Positions 16,263-25,968 of a stretch of DNA of 64,000 nt are shown one piece after another (the first letter of the stretch is position 1; each line of letters opens with the position of its first letter). The notes beneath the pieces are model-generated. The model worked only from the letters and a program-made list of their open reading frames with translations, was not told the origin of the DNA and searched no databases. Source of the DNA: a virus; the IMG/VR virus record IMGVR_UViG_3300017991_004311, positions 34,937-98,936 of that record; one strand, given 5' to 3'. A program made the position numbers and the translations under genes.

Positions 16263-18482
16263 GTGAGCGCTGTGCCTGAAGAGACTGAGAGGTTCGTGAG
16301 CATCCCGGCGAAGGGGATGGCGGACCATACGAGGAAGCACCCGAGCCACAAGATCGTCACCAAGACGCTGTCGAAGCGCGAGGGGATCTCCGCGCTCTAT
16401 TGCGTGACCTGCGCGAAGATCGCCACGTACCTGTTCGAGAAGGCCAAGGGCTGGACCATGTCGAAGGCGAAGGCGTGGATGAAGCAGCACAAGGCGTTTT
16501 CCCTGGTGGAGGTCGGGGAGGCCGGTCCCGTGTTCCGGCGCATCACGGAGTCGGGCACCGAGGATGTCACCGTTCCCGTGTTGGCCGATGAGATGAAGGA
16601 GCAGGAGGCCCCGGAGAAGATCGCGGCGGAGAACCGCACCATCTTCATGTTCTCGGCGATCGAGGACGGCCTGGCGGAGCTCATGTGCCGGCGTCTGCTG
16701 GCGCTGGACAAGATCAGCGACACGGAGCCGATCACCATCATCATCTCGTCCTTCGGCGGGAGCGTGTACGCGTCCTTCGCGATCACGGACATGATGGAGT
16801 ACATTCGGGCCCCTATCGTGACTATCGGCATCGGCAAGATCATGAGCGCGGGCCTGATGATTTTCATGGCGGGCGACGAGCGCCTGGTGAGTCAGAACGT
16901 GAACATTCTGGCGCACCGGTTCTCCGCAGGCGTGGGCGGCACGCAGGCCGAGATCAAGGCGCGTCAGCGGGAATTCGACATCATCCATGACCAGATGGTC
17001 GCGCATTTCATCAAGCACTGCAACCTTACCACCAAGGAAGAGATCGAGGATACGCTCCTGCGGGAGACGGACACGTACCTGACCCCGGAGGAGCTCATGC
17101 AGTACGGCATCGCGGACAGGTTCTTCGACAAGGCGGACGACGACCGGTCGGAGACGCCCGAGCAACCCGAGAGCATTTCTCCTCCTCTTACCCCCTCGGC
17201 TGACGGCACGGTCGAGGGTAGCTCGGCGAATGACACCAAAGGGCCTCTTCCGGGCACGGGGGAGGCCCCCGAGCAGGAGATCAGGGAGGCAATCGGCGGA
17301 TCGCGCACCCTGCCGCTGGACAAGTCTTCAAAGTGGGACGGGTCCGCAGCGGAGGGGAGGATCAGGCGATGGGCCGGGGGTCCGAAGAAGGAGGAGATGG
17401 AATGGGCCCGGTACCGCAGGGCATTCGTCTGGTACGACCCCAAGCAGAAGGATGCATTTGCGGGCTATAAGCTCCCGTTCGCCGACGTGACCGGCGGCAA
17501 GCTCACGGCGGTGTGGGGAGGGGTGTCGGCGGCCATGGCCGCGGTGCTCGGTTCCCGGGGTGGAGTAAACATCCCGGACAAGCGGGCCGCGTACAATTTC
17601 CTGGCGGGCTATTACCGGAAGTTCGAGAAGAAGCCCCCGAAGTACCACACGAGCCAAAGCATATACGGATTCTACGGGTACGGGCAATACGGGTATGTGA
17701 GTGCCCAGTTCCAGAAAGCGCTCATCCTGCTGAAGCGGATGATCACGGCCGACCCCGACAGCGAGAAGCTGCGGAGGGCGTACCGGCTCCTGGACCCGGC
17801 GGTGAACCGGAGGACCGCGTTCAAGGCGATCGATTCGACGATGACGGCGGTCGCGACCCTCCAGACCGTGAAGGGCACGAAGGGGATCATCGACCTCGTG
17901 CGGACCACGCGCGGGGAGGTCATCACGCGCACCCCGCGCATCATCGAGGGCAAACCGATGGCCGGGACGTGGGCGGCCCCGGTCGACTCCGTCGATTGGG
18001 TGGAGAGCGACAGGAACAAGCCGTTCCGGTTCTCCGGGATTGCGCTGAGGACCGAGGCCGTGTCCGGGAACGGGCGCTATTATCCCCGGAAGGTCGTGGA
18101 GACGGCGGTGGCCGAGGCGCAACAGGAGGCTTCGGCCGTGCTCACGATCTGCGCCGGACACCCGGACGAGGAGGACACCAGCCCCATGTCCATCGTGGGC
18201 AAGGTGCCGGAGATACAACTGAACGACCAGGGCGAAGTCACATTTGTCGGGGAGATTGTCGATACGAGGCTGGGAGAGGATGTGCGGAAGCTGCTCAGAT
18301 TCCTCCCCGCGGGAACGCAACCATTGTCCCTGCGGGCTAGCGGCAGCACGGTGTATGAAACGGTTGGTGGGAGCCGTCGCGAGAGGGTGCTTGAGATGCA
18401 CTTTCGCGGATTTGACCTCGTGCGTCACGGGGGCGTTGTCGGTGCGGCGGTGCAGCAGGTACTCGAAAGCGGAGGTGAATAG
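16263..18482 (+). CDS. multidomain head maturation protease (ClpP domain + prohead core protease domain)
   Basis: ClpP: ISSFGGSV, IMSAG, ILAH, RETDTYL; C-terminal SGNGRYYP, AGHPD, LSLRASG, GFDLV (T4 gp21-like). Confidence 0.85.
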   Translation: MSAVPEETERFVSIPAKGMADHTRKHPSHKIVTKTLSKREGISALYCVTCAKIATYLFEKAKGWTMSKAKAWMKQHKAFSLVEVGEAGPVFRRITESGTEDVTVPVLADEMKEQEAPEKIAAENRTIFMFSAIEDGLAELMCRRLLALDKISDTEPITIIISSFGGSVYASFAITDMMEYIRAPIVTIGIGKIMSAGLMIFMAGDERLVSQNVNILAHRFSAGVGGTQAEIKARQREFDIIHDQMVAHFIKHCNLTTKEEIEDTLLRETDTYLTPEELMQYGIADRFFDKADDDRSETPEQPESISPPLTPSADGTVEGSSANDTKGPLPGTGEAPEQEIREAIGGSRTLPLDKSSKWDGSAAEGRIRRWAGGPKKEEMEWARYRRAFVWYDPKQKDAFAGYKLPFADVTGGKLTAVWGGVSAAMAAVLGSRGGVNIPDKRAAYNFLAGYYRKFEKKPPKYHTSQSIYGFYGYGQYGYVSAQFQKALILLKRMITADPDSEKLRRAYRLLDPAVNRRTAFKAIDSTMTAVATLQTVKGTKGIIDLVRTTRGEVITRTPRIIEGKPMAGTWAAPVDSVDWVESDRNKPFRFSGIALRTEAVSGNGRYYPRKVVETAVAEAQQEASAVLTICAGHPDEEDTSPMSIVGKVPEIQLNDQGEVTFVGEIVDTRLGEDVRKLLRFLPAGTQPLSLRASGSTVYETVGGSRRERVLEMHFRGFDLVRHGGVVGAAVQQVLESGGE

Positions 18483-18485
18483 CAC

Positions 18486-19019
18486 ATGGGCATGACCAAC
18501 GAGGAGCTCCTGGCAAGTCCCGAGGTCCAGACGCTGATCGAGGCGAAGGCCACGTCGTTGATGGAGGAGATCGATTCCCTCAAGGCGGAGCGCGACGGAC
18601 TGAAGGGCAAGGCCAAGGAGCTTGAGACGCAGCTCGCGGACGCCCGGGGCAAGGTGGAGGCCTACGAGGCCGAGAAGGCGCAGAGGGAACTCACCGAATA
18701 CCGGGCGGGGAAGATCGCCGCGCTGGAGATCAGCCAGAGGGCGAAGGAGCTGCTCACGGAGCGCGTTGCGGGCGACACGAAGGAGACGGTCGACACGTCG
18801 ATCGAGTCCGAGATGGCCTTCATCAAGAAGGTGGCGCCGGACGTGCTGACGAAGGAAGCGCCGAAGAATCGGGGCATCCCGCCCGCAGAGCATGAGGAAG
18901 GGGACGCGAAGCCGAAGGACAAGCCGAGCGACCGCGACATCCTGCGGGAGGGCAACCCGAATTTCGAGATAGCGGAAGCGATCGGGCACATCAAGGAGCC
19001 GTCCGAGGACGAGGACTAG
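18486..19019 (+). CDS. capsid scaffolding protein
   Basis: Acidic coiled-coil between protease and capsid genes. Confidence 0.7.
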   Translation: MGMTNEELLASPEVQTLIEAKATSLMEEIDSLKAERDGLKGKAKELETQLADARGKVEAYEAEKAQRELTEYRAGKIAALEISQRAKELLTERVAGDTKETVDTSIESEMAFIKKVAPDVLTKEAPKNRGIPPAEHEEGDAKPKDKPSDRDILREGNPNFEIAEAIGHIKEPSEDED

Positions 19020-19033
19020 GGGGTGAAACATCA

Positions 19034-19504
19034 GTGGCTAAGCAGATCATGACCTACAACGCCCAGGTGGAGAATTTCCTCCGGGCGGGGGTCCTGACGG
19101 AGTTCGAGGCCGCGGAGACCATCTACGCCGGTGACCAGGTTTACCTGGACGGCGGGGGGCTCCTGCGGCGAGCGACCGACCCCATGCTGGTGAACACCAC
19201 GGGCGGAATCTGTGGTGTGGCCGAGGGGGCCGGGGTTGCGGGGGATGACGTATTGGTATGGCAGAGTGGCGTGTTTGAGTTCACCACGAACCAGACCTGC
19301 GCGATCAACCCCGGGAATTACGTGTATGTGGCGGGGAATGCCACCATGGTTGACCTTGGTGGGGGCAATTCGAACGAGATTTCGAGCGGTGTGGCCGAAT
19401 CGAATACGGCCGGGACCGCGGCCGGGGAGGTAGTGGAGGTATTCATCACCCCGGTGCGCAAGCGGAGCCCGTACTTGTACGACAGCTCCACACCGTATCT
19501 ATAG
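19034..19504 (+). CDS. head decoration/cement protein
   Basis: AAETIYAGD.V, GVA, GVFEF pattern; precedes the major capsid gene. Confidence 0.7.
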   Translation: MAKQIMTYNAQVENFLRAGVLTEFEAAETIYAGDQVYLDGGGLLRRATDPMLVNTTGGICGVAEGAGVAGDDVLVWQSGVFEFTTNQTCAINPGNYVYVAGNATMVDLGGGNSNEISSGVAESNTAGTAAGEVVEVFITPVRKRSPYLYDSSTPYL

Positions 19505-19538
19505 ACTACCGCGCTTTTAGCGACGGAGGTGAAATTCT

Positions 19539-20507
19539 GTGAACGACGACAAGGTGATGTCCACCAAGGACATGAACGAAGCCCTGAGTCGCGGCACCTC
19601 TGGCTGGAATGAGGCACAGATCCGCGTGCTTCAGCGCCTGCTCACTGAAGCGCGGGTGACCAGCGAGGTTCCCGAGCTCCTGCGGACCGCGTTCAACACG
19701 AAGCTGTTGGACGGGTACGCGGAGTACACGGCGATGTGGCCGCGGGTGTTCGACACGCTGACCCTGACCAAGGGGAAGGCGGTCGACCTGCCGGGATTGA
19801 AGGGGATCCACATCTATAAATCTGGTGCGCAGGCAAGCGGTGAGACCGGGAGGGAAGTGCGTCATACCGGTCCCGTTTCCGGCGAGGCCAAGATGGAAGT
19901 GGACAAGTACGAGTGTATCGTGGGATTCGACGAGGATATGCTTGAGGATATCGAGGTCGATCTGATGGGATGGTTCCTGCGCATGGTCGGCCACCGCTTC
20001 AAGCAGAAGGAAGATTATGTGGCGTTCGCCTCGGTCACCACGCGCGGTGGCTCGATGACGGCGAACACGGCGACGGGACTGACCGCGGCTTCAATCGCGA
20101 GCGCGATCGCACTGGAGATGAACCGGACCTACACGGCGAACAACTACACGGAACGGGAGCCGATCGCGCCGGACACGATCATCGTGGACCCGACGCACCT
20201 CTACACCGCGCAGGAGATCCTGAACACGACCCTCACGGTGACCACGAACATGGCGGGGACGACCGCCGCGGGCGGAAGCAACGTGTTCCAGAACATCCTG
20301 AACATCGTTTCGACCCCCTACATCGACAGCGACTACTACTACATCGGGAAGGCGCGGACGTTCGGAGGATGCCTGTTCCTGCGGCGTCTGATGCTCCAGA
20401 TCAAGAACTGGGAGGACCTGCTCCGGGATACCGAGAACACACGGGCGAAGGCACGGTTCGACGCGGACGTGGTCGAACCGGACAAATGGGTGCGGACTGC
20501 GTATTAG
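19539..20507 (+). CDS. major capsid protein (HK97 fold, Mu gpT-like)
   Basis: LLDGY..Y...W, KY...VGF.EDML.D, PI.PDTIIVDP.....A.EILN; position in head module. Confidence 0.85.
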   Translation: MNDDKVMSTKDMNEALSRGTSGWNEAQIRVLQRLLTEARVTSEVPELLRTAFNTKLLDGYAEYTAMWPRVFDTLTLTKGKAVDLPGLKGIHIYKSGAQASGETGREVRHTGPVSGEAKMEVDKYECIVGFDEDMLEDIEVDLMGWFLRMVGHRFKQKEDYVAFASVTTRGGSMTANTATGLTAASIASAIALEMNRTYTANNYTEREPIAPDTIIVDPTHLYTAQEILNTTLTVTTNMAGTTAAGGSNVFQNILNIVSTPYIDSDYYYIGKARTFGGCLFLRRLMLQIKNWEDLLRDTENTRAKARFDADVVEPDKWVRTAY

Positions 20508-20542
20508 AGAGGACGCGAATGCGGACTTTGAGTTGACGGATA

Positions 20543-20570
20543 CGGGCGGCGGGTTGATTCTCGCCGCCCG
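20543..20570 (+). terminator. strong hairpin after major capsid (stabiliser/attenuator)
   Basis: CGGGCGGCG...CGCCGCCCG; no clear U tract. Confidence 0.5.
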
Positions 20571-20576
20571 CGCTGC

Positions 20577-20597
20577 AATTATTACCGGGTAATAATT
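20577..20597. promoter_or_regulatory. palindromic operator-like site, copy 2
   Basis: AATTATTACC-G-GGTAATAATT. Confidence 0.55.
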
Positions 20598-20616
20598 TTC
20601 AGGGAGGGAATGACGG

Positions 20617-20838
20617 ATGGTTGATGACGGGTTTGTGGGCATACCGGTGAGGTTGGGGAAAATGGGGAGGAAGGGAAGCCCCGAGGCGCTGGAGCAGTGG
20701 CGCGACCTGGACCGGAAGAGGCACGAGAGGGAGGAGCACAGGGCCGAGAAGGAGTTCCGGGACAGGCGCAAGACCAAACGGGCGAAGAAGCGGGCCCCGG
20801 CCAAGCGCACGCCCGCCACCACGGGGAAGGGGGGATGA
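20617..20838 (+). CDS. small basic hypothetical protein
   Basis: GGGAGGG upstream; K/R-rich. Confidence 0.45.
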   Translation: MVDDGFVGIPVRLGKMGRKGSPEALEQWRDLDRKRHEREEHRAEKEFRDRRKTKRAKKRAPAKRTPATTGKGG

Positions 20839-20842
20839 CACA

Positions 20843-21148
20843 ATGGCGATAACGAGGAACTCGCTCCCGATGGGCGACTGGCTGAAGGGGGGTATTCTTT
20901 CGACGCAGGTGAACGTGGGCGCGACGGCCACGGCGCTCCCGACCACGGCGCTGACCAACCGGCGCCTGCTGATAGTCTACAACAACTCGGGTGGGGTGAT
21001 TTACCTGGGTGACTCGACGGTGACGGTGACGAACGGGTTCCCCCTTGCCAATGGCGGGACATTCGAGATAAAGCTGGACGCGGGCGTGACCCTGTACGCG
21101 ATCGCATCGGCCGCGAACAAGGACGTGCGGGTGTTCGAGGGGGCCTGA
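20843..21148 (+). CDS. putative virion structural protein (beta-rich)
   Basis: Thr/Val/Gly-rich, IYLGDSTVT..NGFPL. Confidence 0.6.
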   Translation: MAITRNSLPMGDWLKGGILSTQVNVGATATALPTTALTNRRLLIVYNNSGGVIYLGDSTVTVTNGFPLANGGTFEIKLDAGVTLYAIASAANKDVRVFEGA

Positions 21149-21194
21149 AGGTTCGGCATTATTCACGCGGGGACATCCCGCGAAGGAGGATGAC

Positions 21195-21560
21195 ATGAAG
21201 AAGGCGGTGGTAGGGATTATGGCGGTGGCATTGGCCTTGGGTATCGGGGTGGCGTTCGCGGCCCCTCCGCAAGCAGTCAACTCGGCGAGCTTCGATATCG
21301 GGGCGTTCACCGGGGCGACCGCGTTCGTGGGGGAGGACGCGAAGCTCGGTATCGAGGCGGGATGGTACTGGGGCGACTTCGGGGTCGGGGCGCGATACGA
21401 TCTCTACCAGAAGGATGAGTTCACCGTCGGCCCGACGCTATCGGTTGCCGATGGGAAGCTGGTGTACGGCGGGTATATACGGTACAGGGAATACCAGATC
21501 GGACTGCGCACGACTCGGGCCAAGACAGCGTTTACATTCGGATATCGCTACACGTGGTAG
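21195..21560 (+). CDS. secreted small beta-barrel-like protein
   Basis: Sec signal MKKAVV...AFA; alternating aromatic strands; ends GYRYTW. Confidence 0.6.
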   Translation: MKKAVVGIMAVALALGIGVAFAAPPQAVNSASFDIGAFTGATAFVGEDAKLGIEAGWYWGDFGVGARYDLYQKDEFTVGPTLSVADGKLVYGGYIRYREYQIGLRTTRAKTAFTFGYRYTW

Positions 21561-21580
21561 GACACTAGGGGACAGAAACC

Positions 21581-22147
21581 ATGAGCGAAGAGAGGAGCGG
21601 AACGGGGACGCGGGGATCGCCGAAGGACAACCCCCGCGACGATGAGGAGCGGAGGAAGGAACGGGAAAGGCGGGAACGCAGGAAGAGGCAGGAGGAGCGT
21701 AGGGAGAAGCGGAAAGAAAAAAAGGGGGAAGACATGGCAGAAAAGGAAAGGGAGGTCGGATGGGACCTGAACGCCAAGGAGATGAACGACGAGTACTTGG
21801 CGGGGAACCTTGATGCGAGGAATCAAACCAGGTTCCTCTGGCAGAGGATGGAATCGGCGGCCATCCAGGACGAGCGGACGTCGACGCAGAACAGGGAAGA
21901 GGAGCGGCACCAGCGCGAACTGCTCGCGATCGCGCGCGAACGGAACGAGTTGGAGACCACGAACATGGTCGCGAAGATGAACCAGAGGGCGTCGGAGCTA
22001 TCGATCGACCGCTGGTGGAACCTGGACGAGGCCTCGGCATTCCACACCAACATCGTCGGAACGTTGGCGAGCAACCCGGTGTTCCAGGATGCGATTCGTG
22101 CGATTGTCGTCAAGGTGTTGGAGGACATGGGAGTGAAGAAGGAATAG
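21581..22147 (+). CDS. hypothetical protein
   Basis: Charged coiled-coil; true start may be the internal MAEKE. Confidence 0.55.
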   Translation: MSEERSGTGTRGSPKDNPRDDEERRKERERRERRKRQEERREKRKEKKGEDMAEKEREVGWDLNAKEMNDEYLAGNLDARNQTRFLWQRMESAAIQDERTSTQNREEERHQRELLAIARERNELETTNMVAKMNQRASELSIDRWWNLDEASAFHTNIVGTLASNPVFQDAIRAIVVKVLEDMGVKKE

Positions 22148-22206
22148 CACCCTTCGGGGCTAGGGCCAAAGACCCCGGCCCCATGCCATATTCGACGGGG
22201 GTCGCG

Positions 22207-22515
22207 ATGAACGGGTGTCCGTTCTGCCCATTGGAGCGGCTCACGGAATGGTACCTGGAGGAGCGGAGCGGGATCGTCGTCTGCCGCGACCTCCACGACC
22301 GGGGCTACAAGAGAAGGCTGCTGGTGGTCGGGTCGGGGAGTCGGTGGCACCGCCCGAGGGAAGAATACACACGCAGGGAGCTCAAGCATCTCGTCGCCCT
22401 CGGCCACCGGATCGCGTGGGAGCTTATCACCAGGGGCGAGGCGTCGAGGATCGCGGGCATCGACTATGAGGTGAGCGTGATGGACCACTATCATATCCAG
22501 GTGTGCCTGACATGA
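22207..22515 (+). CDS. HIT-like protein
   Basis: N-terminal CPFC, C-terminal DHYHIQ (HxHxQ). Confidence 0.55.
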   Translation: MNGCPFCPLERLTEWYLEERSGIVVCRDLHDRGYKRRLLVVGSGSRWHRPREEYTRRELKHLVALGHRIAWELITRGEASRIAGIDYEVSVMDHYHIQVCLT

Positions 22516-23069
22516 CGAACAGAGAGAAGTTGAGGATGATGCTGGGGGACCGGGACAAGGTGAAGGTCTCCGACAAGTTCGGGGTCGGCGACGGGCACGC
22601 CACGCATTTCACCCTGTCGCTATGCCCGGTCCGCTCCACCACGGAGGCCATCACCCTGGACGATGTGGTCCAGACCAGGGACTCCGACTACACCATCAAC
22701 AACGATACGGGCCTGGTGACGATGGCGACGGCCCCGACCCTGGGGCAGGTCCTGGTCGCGGGCAAGTACGAGTACAATGCCTTTTCCGACGACGAGATCG
22801 ACCAGGTGCTCTCCGACTACGGGAACGACCTCAATTTGGCGGCGGCGCACTGCTGCCGGGCGCTCGCGGTCGAGGCGAGCCGGTGGTTCGCGTACTGGAG
22901 CGGGGACGAGAAGGTCGACAAGACCCAGAACGCCGAGCACTTCCGGAAGATGGCGGAGATGTTCGAGGCGCAGGCGGCCAGGGAGCAGACGGGCGACATT
23001 GCCATCGGGCTCCAGCGTTCGGAGATCTACGGGGACGAGACCGACACCTACGGTCTCCTCCAGGACTGA
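22512..23069 (+). CDS. head-tail adaptor/connector
   Basis: KLRMMLGD, FSDDEID..L, LNLAAA..CRALA with an inserted Ig-like GDG...F.L segment. Confidence 0.7.
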   Translation: MTNREKLRMMLGDRDKVKVSDKFGVGDGHATHFTLSLCPVRSTTEAITLDDVVQTRDSDYTINNDTGLVTMATAPTLGQVLVAGKYEYNAFSDDEIDQVLSDYGNDLNLAAAHCCRALAVEASRWFAYWSGDEKVDKTQNAEHFRKMAEMFEAQAAREQTGDIAIGLQRSEIYGDETDTYGLLQD

Positions 23070-23467
23070 TGGCGATGCTAAGCGAGAGGGACAGGGACTT
23101 CATCAGGGAGAGCGAGCGCGGGATACAGTCGGCCCGGCGCTGCGCCCCCGGGAGCTTCTACCTCATCCACCGGTTGGGCGTGTCGGAGAGCGACCCGTTC
23201 ACCGGGGAGGAGGACTACTCGGAGGAACGGGAGTACGTGGAGCCGGTGGTCGAGGTGATGAAAGGCGACGAGCGCGAGGTCGTGCCCTCCGGCATCCTGA
23301 GCCAGGGCGATATCATCTGCACCTTCGAGGACGCCGACGGCCTTGACCTCGACGACGTGCGCCAAGTGGTGTACGGCGGCGAGACCTACCGGGTGGCGAG
23401 GCACTACAACAAGGGACTCGGGGAGATGTACTCCCGCAAGCAGCTGTTTTGCAGCAAGGAGACATAG
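23069..23467 (+). CDS. head closure (stopper)-like protein
   Basis: Position and size; DPFTGE, G.L.QGD, YGGETYRV. Confidence 0.6.
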   Translation: MAMLSERDRDFIRESERGIQSARRCAPGSFYLIHRLGVSESDPFTGEEDYSEEREYVEPVVEVMKGDEREVVPSGILSQGDIICTFEDADGLDLDDVRQVVYGGETYRVARHYNKGLGEMYSRKQLFCSKET

Positions 23468-23469
23468 CG

Positions 23470-23889
23470 ATGGCATGGACACCGCCTGTGCGCAATTTCG
23501 ACCGGGTGCAATTCGCGGATTTGCGGAAGAAGGTTGATCCGATGATCAACGAATTGCACGACTCGCTTACACGGGCCTACTACGACTATTGGCGACACGG
23601 CCAGTCATGTCCCTGGCAGAGCTTCGACGTTCAGGCGACGCCGAAGGAATCGAAAGTGCTCTTTGATACACTGCACGGGCTGATTTTCGAGCATCACACG
23701 CGGGTGTTCCATGAGGAGAATCAGGCACTGCCCGCAAAAGACCGTATCCCGGAGGAGAAATACAACGAAATCCGGGACGAGACCGGCGCATTGGTTGGCA
23801 CGCGATCAGATGAGGCAGCGACGAAAATAGCAGCCCTGAAGGCAGAAGGGATCGAAATCACAGTACCCGATATCAGCCGGGAGCGGTAG
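23470..23889 (+). CDS. hypothetical protein (possible fibre chaperone)
   Basis: AAGGAG RBS; lower-GC block shared with the next gene. Confidence 0.6.
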   Translation: MAWTPPVRNFDRVQFADLRKKVDPMINELHDSLTRAYYDYWRHGQSCPWQSFDVQATPKESKVLFDTLHGLIFEHHTRVFHEENQALPAKDRIPEEKYNEIRDETGALVGTRSDEAATKIAALKAEGIEITVPDISRER

Positions 23890-23892
23890 ACG

Positions 23893-24855
23893 ATGGTTCC
23901 GGTCACGCGAGTTGAAATCTCACCGGGTACGACCGGGTCATGGCAGGACGTTGATGTCAGCGCCTATGTCGATGCCGGGAACACCGCATTCGTAGTCCTG
24001 GAGATCGTCAGCAAGACTAACCAGAACGAGTTCTGGGGAGCTCGCTGCAACGGTTCCACCGATGATCGTTATTCCAGCGTGTACAAATACAGCCATACGT
24101 ATATGGCCGTAGCGGTTGATGACGATGACATCCTAGAAATCAAGCTGGAAAATGCCTTTATCGATGTCTTTCTGGTCGCCTACGCCACGGATGACGAAGC
24201 GGGGGCACTGACAAACGGCACGGACGTGACTCCCGATTCTTCTGGCGATTGGGTGGATATTGATATATCGTCCGATACCGGTGATGACACGGCGGTATGT
24301 GCGTTTTTCGACGTGATGCCAACCGGGGATGATATCGGCTTCCGGCAAAACGGCTCTAGCGATGATCGTTATGACGGGTATCACGGGTGGCATGATGCGG
24401 GCATGATGGCCTGTGACGGAAGTGAGATTGTTGAATGTAAAATTGAAGATGAAGTCAACATGGAGATTTATCTTCTGTGCTGGCTGACCGACAATTTCAC
24501 GGCAATTACGAATGCCACGTTGTGTACTGTGTCCGAGCTTAGTGCCTGGGAGGACGAGGACCTTTCCGCTATCATTGATACCGGCCATGATGGGGCATTT
24601 TTCCACTTGTATTATGGATCAGCAGATTATGCTGGTATCAGGAAGAACGGGACAGAGATCGACAACACGGATGATGTAAGCCAGCATACCTATGGTTGGG
24701 TAGAAACGGATGGATCGCAGGTTATCGAGTGGAATAGCGAAGCATGGGCGCTCGACCTCTATATCTGGGGATCGACCGCACAGCCGTCAGCTGGACCAGA
24801 GACGCTGGAGATAAGTGTGTCGGAATGCGGTGAAGTGGGCGAGGCGGTGGCCTAG
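23893..24855 (+). CDS. acidic protein with three internal ~95-aa repeats (putative fibre head/receptor-binding)
   Basis: Three W.D.D.S ... G.R.NG(S/T) units; ends with an ISVSE..EVGEAV unit. Confidence 0.6.
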   Translation: MVPVTRVEISPGTTGSWQDVDVSAYVDAGNTAFVVLEIVSKTNQNEFWGARCNGSTDDRYSSVYKYSHTYMAVAVDDDDILEIKLENAFIDVFLVAYATDDEAGALTNGTDVTPDSSGDWVDIDISSDTGDDTAVCAFFDVMPTGDDIGFRQNGSSDDRYDGYHGWHDAGMMACDGSEIVECKIEDEVNMEIYLLCWLTDNFTAITNATLCTVSELSAWEDEDLSAIIDTGHDGAFFHLYYGSADYAGIRKNGTEIDNTDDVSQHTYGWVETDGSQVIEWNSEAWALDLYIWGSTAQPSAGPETLEISVSECGEVGEAVA

Positions 24856-24894
24856 GGACTAATACCAGAAAAGCGGTTCGAGGAGTTGATGATC

Positions 24895-25392
24895 ATGTCG
24901 AAAAAGGGATCGGAGAGCCTCGTCAAGATCAAGGGTTTCTCCCGGGTGATGATCAGGAACAGCGACGGGATCATTGCGGGGGATTCCGGGTGGACGGGGC
25001 CGAACACGGTGACGAACCTCGGTAAGCGTCAGTACCTGTGCATGGCGCTCGGGTCCGAGGTGGGGTCGAAGTATGTGCATTATGTCTCCCTGGGCGAGGG
25101 TTCGGAGCCTGCGGCTGCGGGGACCACTCTGGAGAGCGAGTGCTCGGGCACCGACAACGTGCCTCTGCGGAAGGCGGTCACGGCGGCGAGCAACGGGTCG
25201 ACGGCGGAGCGGTTCACCGCCACCCTGGGATCGTCCGACAGTTTCGTGACGGCGACCGAGAACATCGCGAACATCGGCCTGTTCGACGCGACGACCACGG
25301 ATGCGACAATTTTTGCCGGAAACACGTTTGCATCAAGTTCGTGCGCGACGAACCAGGATGTCAACGTCACCTATGACATAACCTTCACGTAG
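24895..25392 (+). CDS. putative tail fibre/collar-associated virion protein
   Basis: NTVTNLG, SLGEGS.PAA.GTTLESE, IGLFDA motifs typical of phage fibre-attachment proteins. Confidence 0.6.
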   Translation: MSKKGSESLVKIKGFSRVMIRNSDGIIAGDSGWTGPNTVTNLGKRQYLCMALGSEVGSKYVHYVSLGEGSEPAAAGTTLESECSGTDNVPLRKAVTAASNGSTAERFTATLGSSDSFVTATENIANIGLFDATTTDATIFAGNTFASSSCATNQDVNVTYDITFT

Positions 25393-25440
25393 GCCGGCGG
25401 GGGATGTTGACGGGCCCGGGAACTGGTGAAAGGAGCGAAC

Positions 25441-25968
25441 GTGACGACCGAGATTGGCAAGCTACTCAGGAACAAACGGGGCATACAGCTCGACGTGGGG
25501 TGTGGGAGGATCTCCCGGACGAACTTCGTCGGGATGGACAAGGACCCGGACGTCGGAGCCGATATCGTGCACGACATGGAAATGTTCCCGTATCCCCTCC
25601 CGGACGGATGCTGTCTGACGATCGTGGCGAGTCACATCATGGAGCATATCAAGCCGTGGCTCACCGTCGACGTGATGAACGAACTGTGGAGGATCGCGAA
25701 GCCGGAGGGGAGGCTGGCGATCTCGACCCCCTACGCGGGGAGCCACGGGTTCTGGCAGGACCCGACGCACTGCAACGGGTTCAACGAGTCGACCTTCACT
25801 TATTTCGACCCGAGCTTCCCGTTCTGGCAGGTTTACCGTCCCAAGCCGTGGAAGATACTGAAGGGCTTCCCCGTGTGGCACGTGAACGGGAACATCGAGG
25901 CGGTGCTGGAGAAGGTCGCGGGGGAAGTGGTGGAGGCAACGGTGGAGGTGTCGCATGCCGAACCCTGA
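25441..25968 (+). CDS. class I SAM-dependent methyltransferase
   Basis: LDVGCG, ASHIMEH, NELWRIAKPEG, WQDPTH. Confidence 0.85.
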   Translation: MTTEIGKLLRNKRGIQLDVGCGRISRTNFVGMDKDPDVGADIVHDMEMFPYPLPDGCCLTIVASHIMEHIKPWLTVDVMNELWRIAKPEGRLAISTPYAGSHGFWQDPTHCNGFNESTFTYFDPSFPFWQVYRPKPWKILKGFPVWHVNGNIEAVLEKVAGEVVEATVEVSHAEP

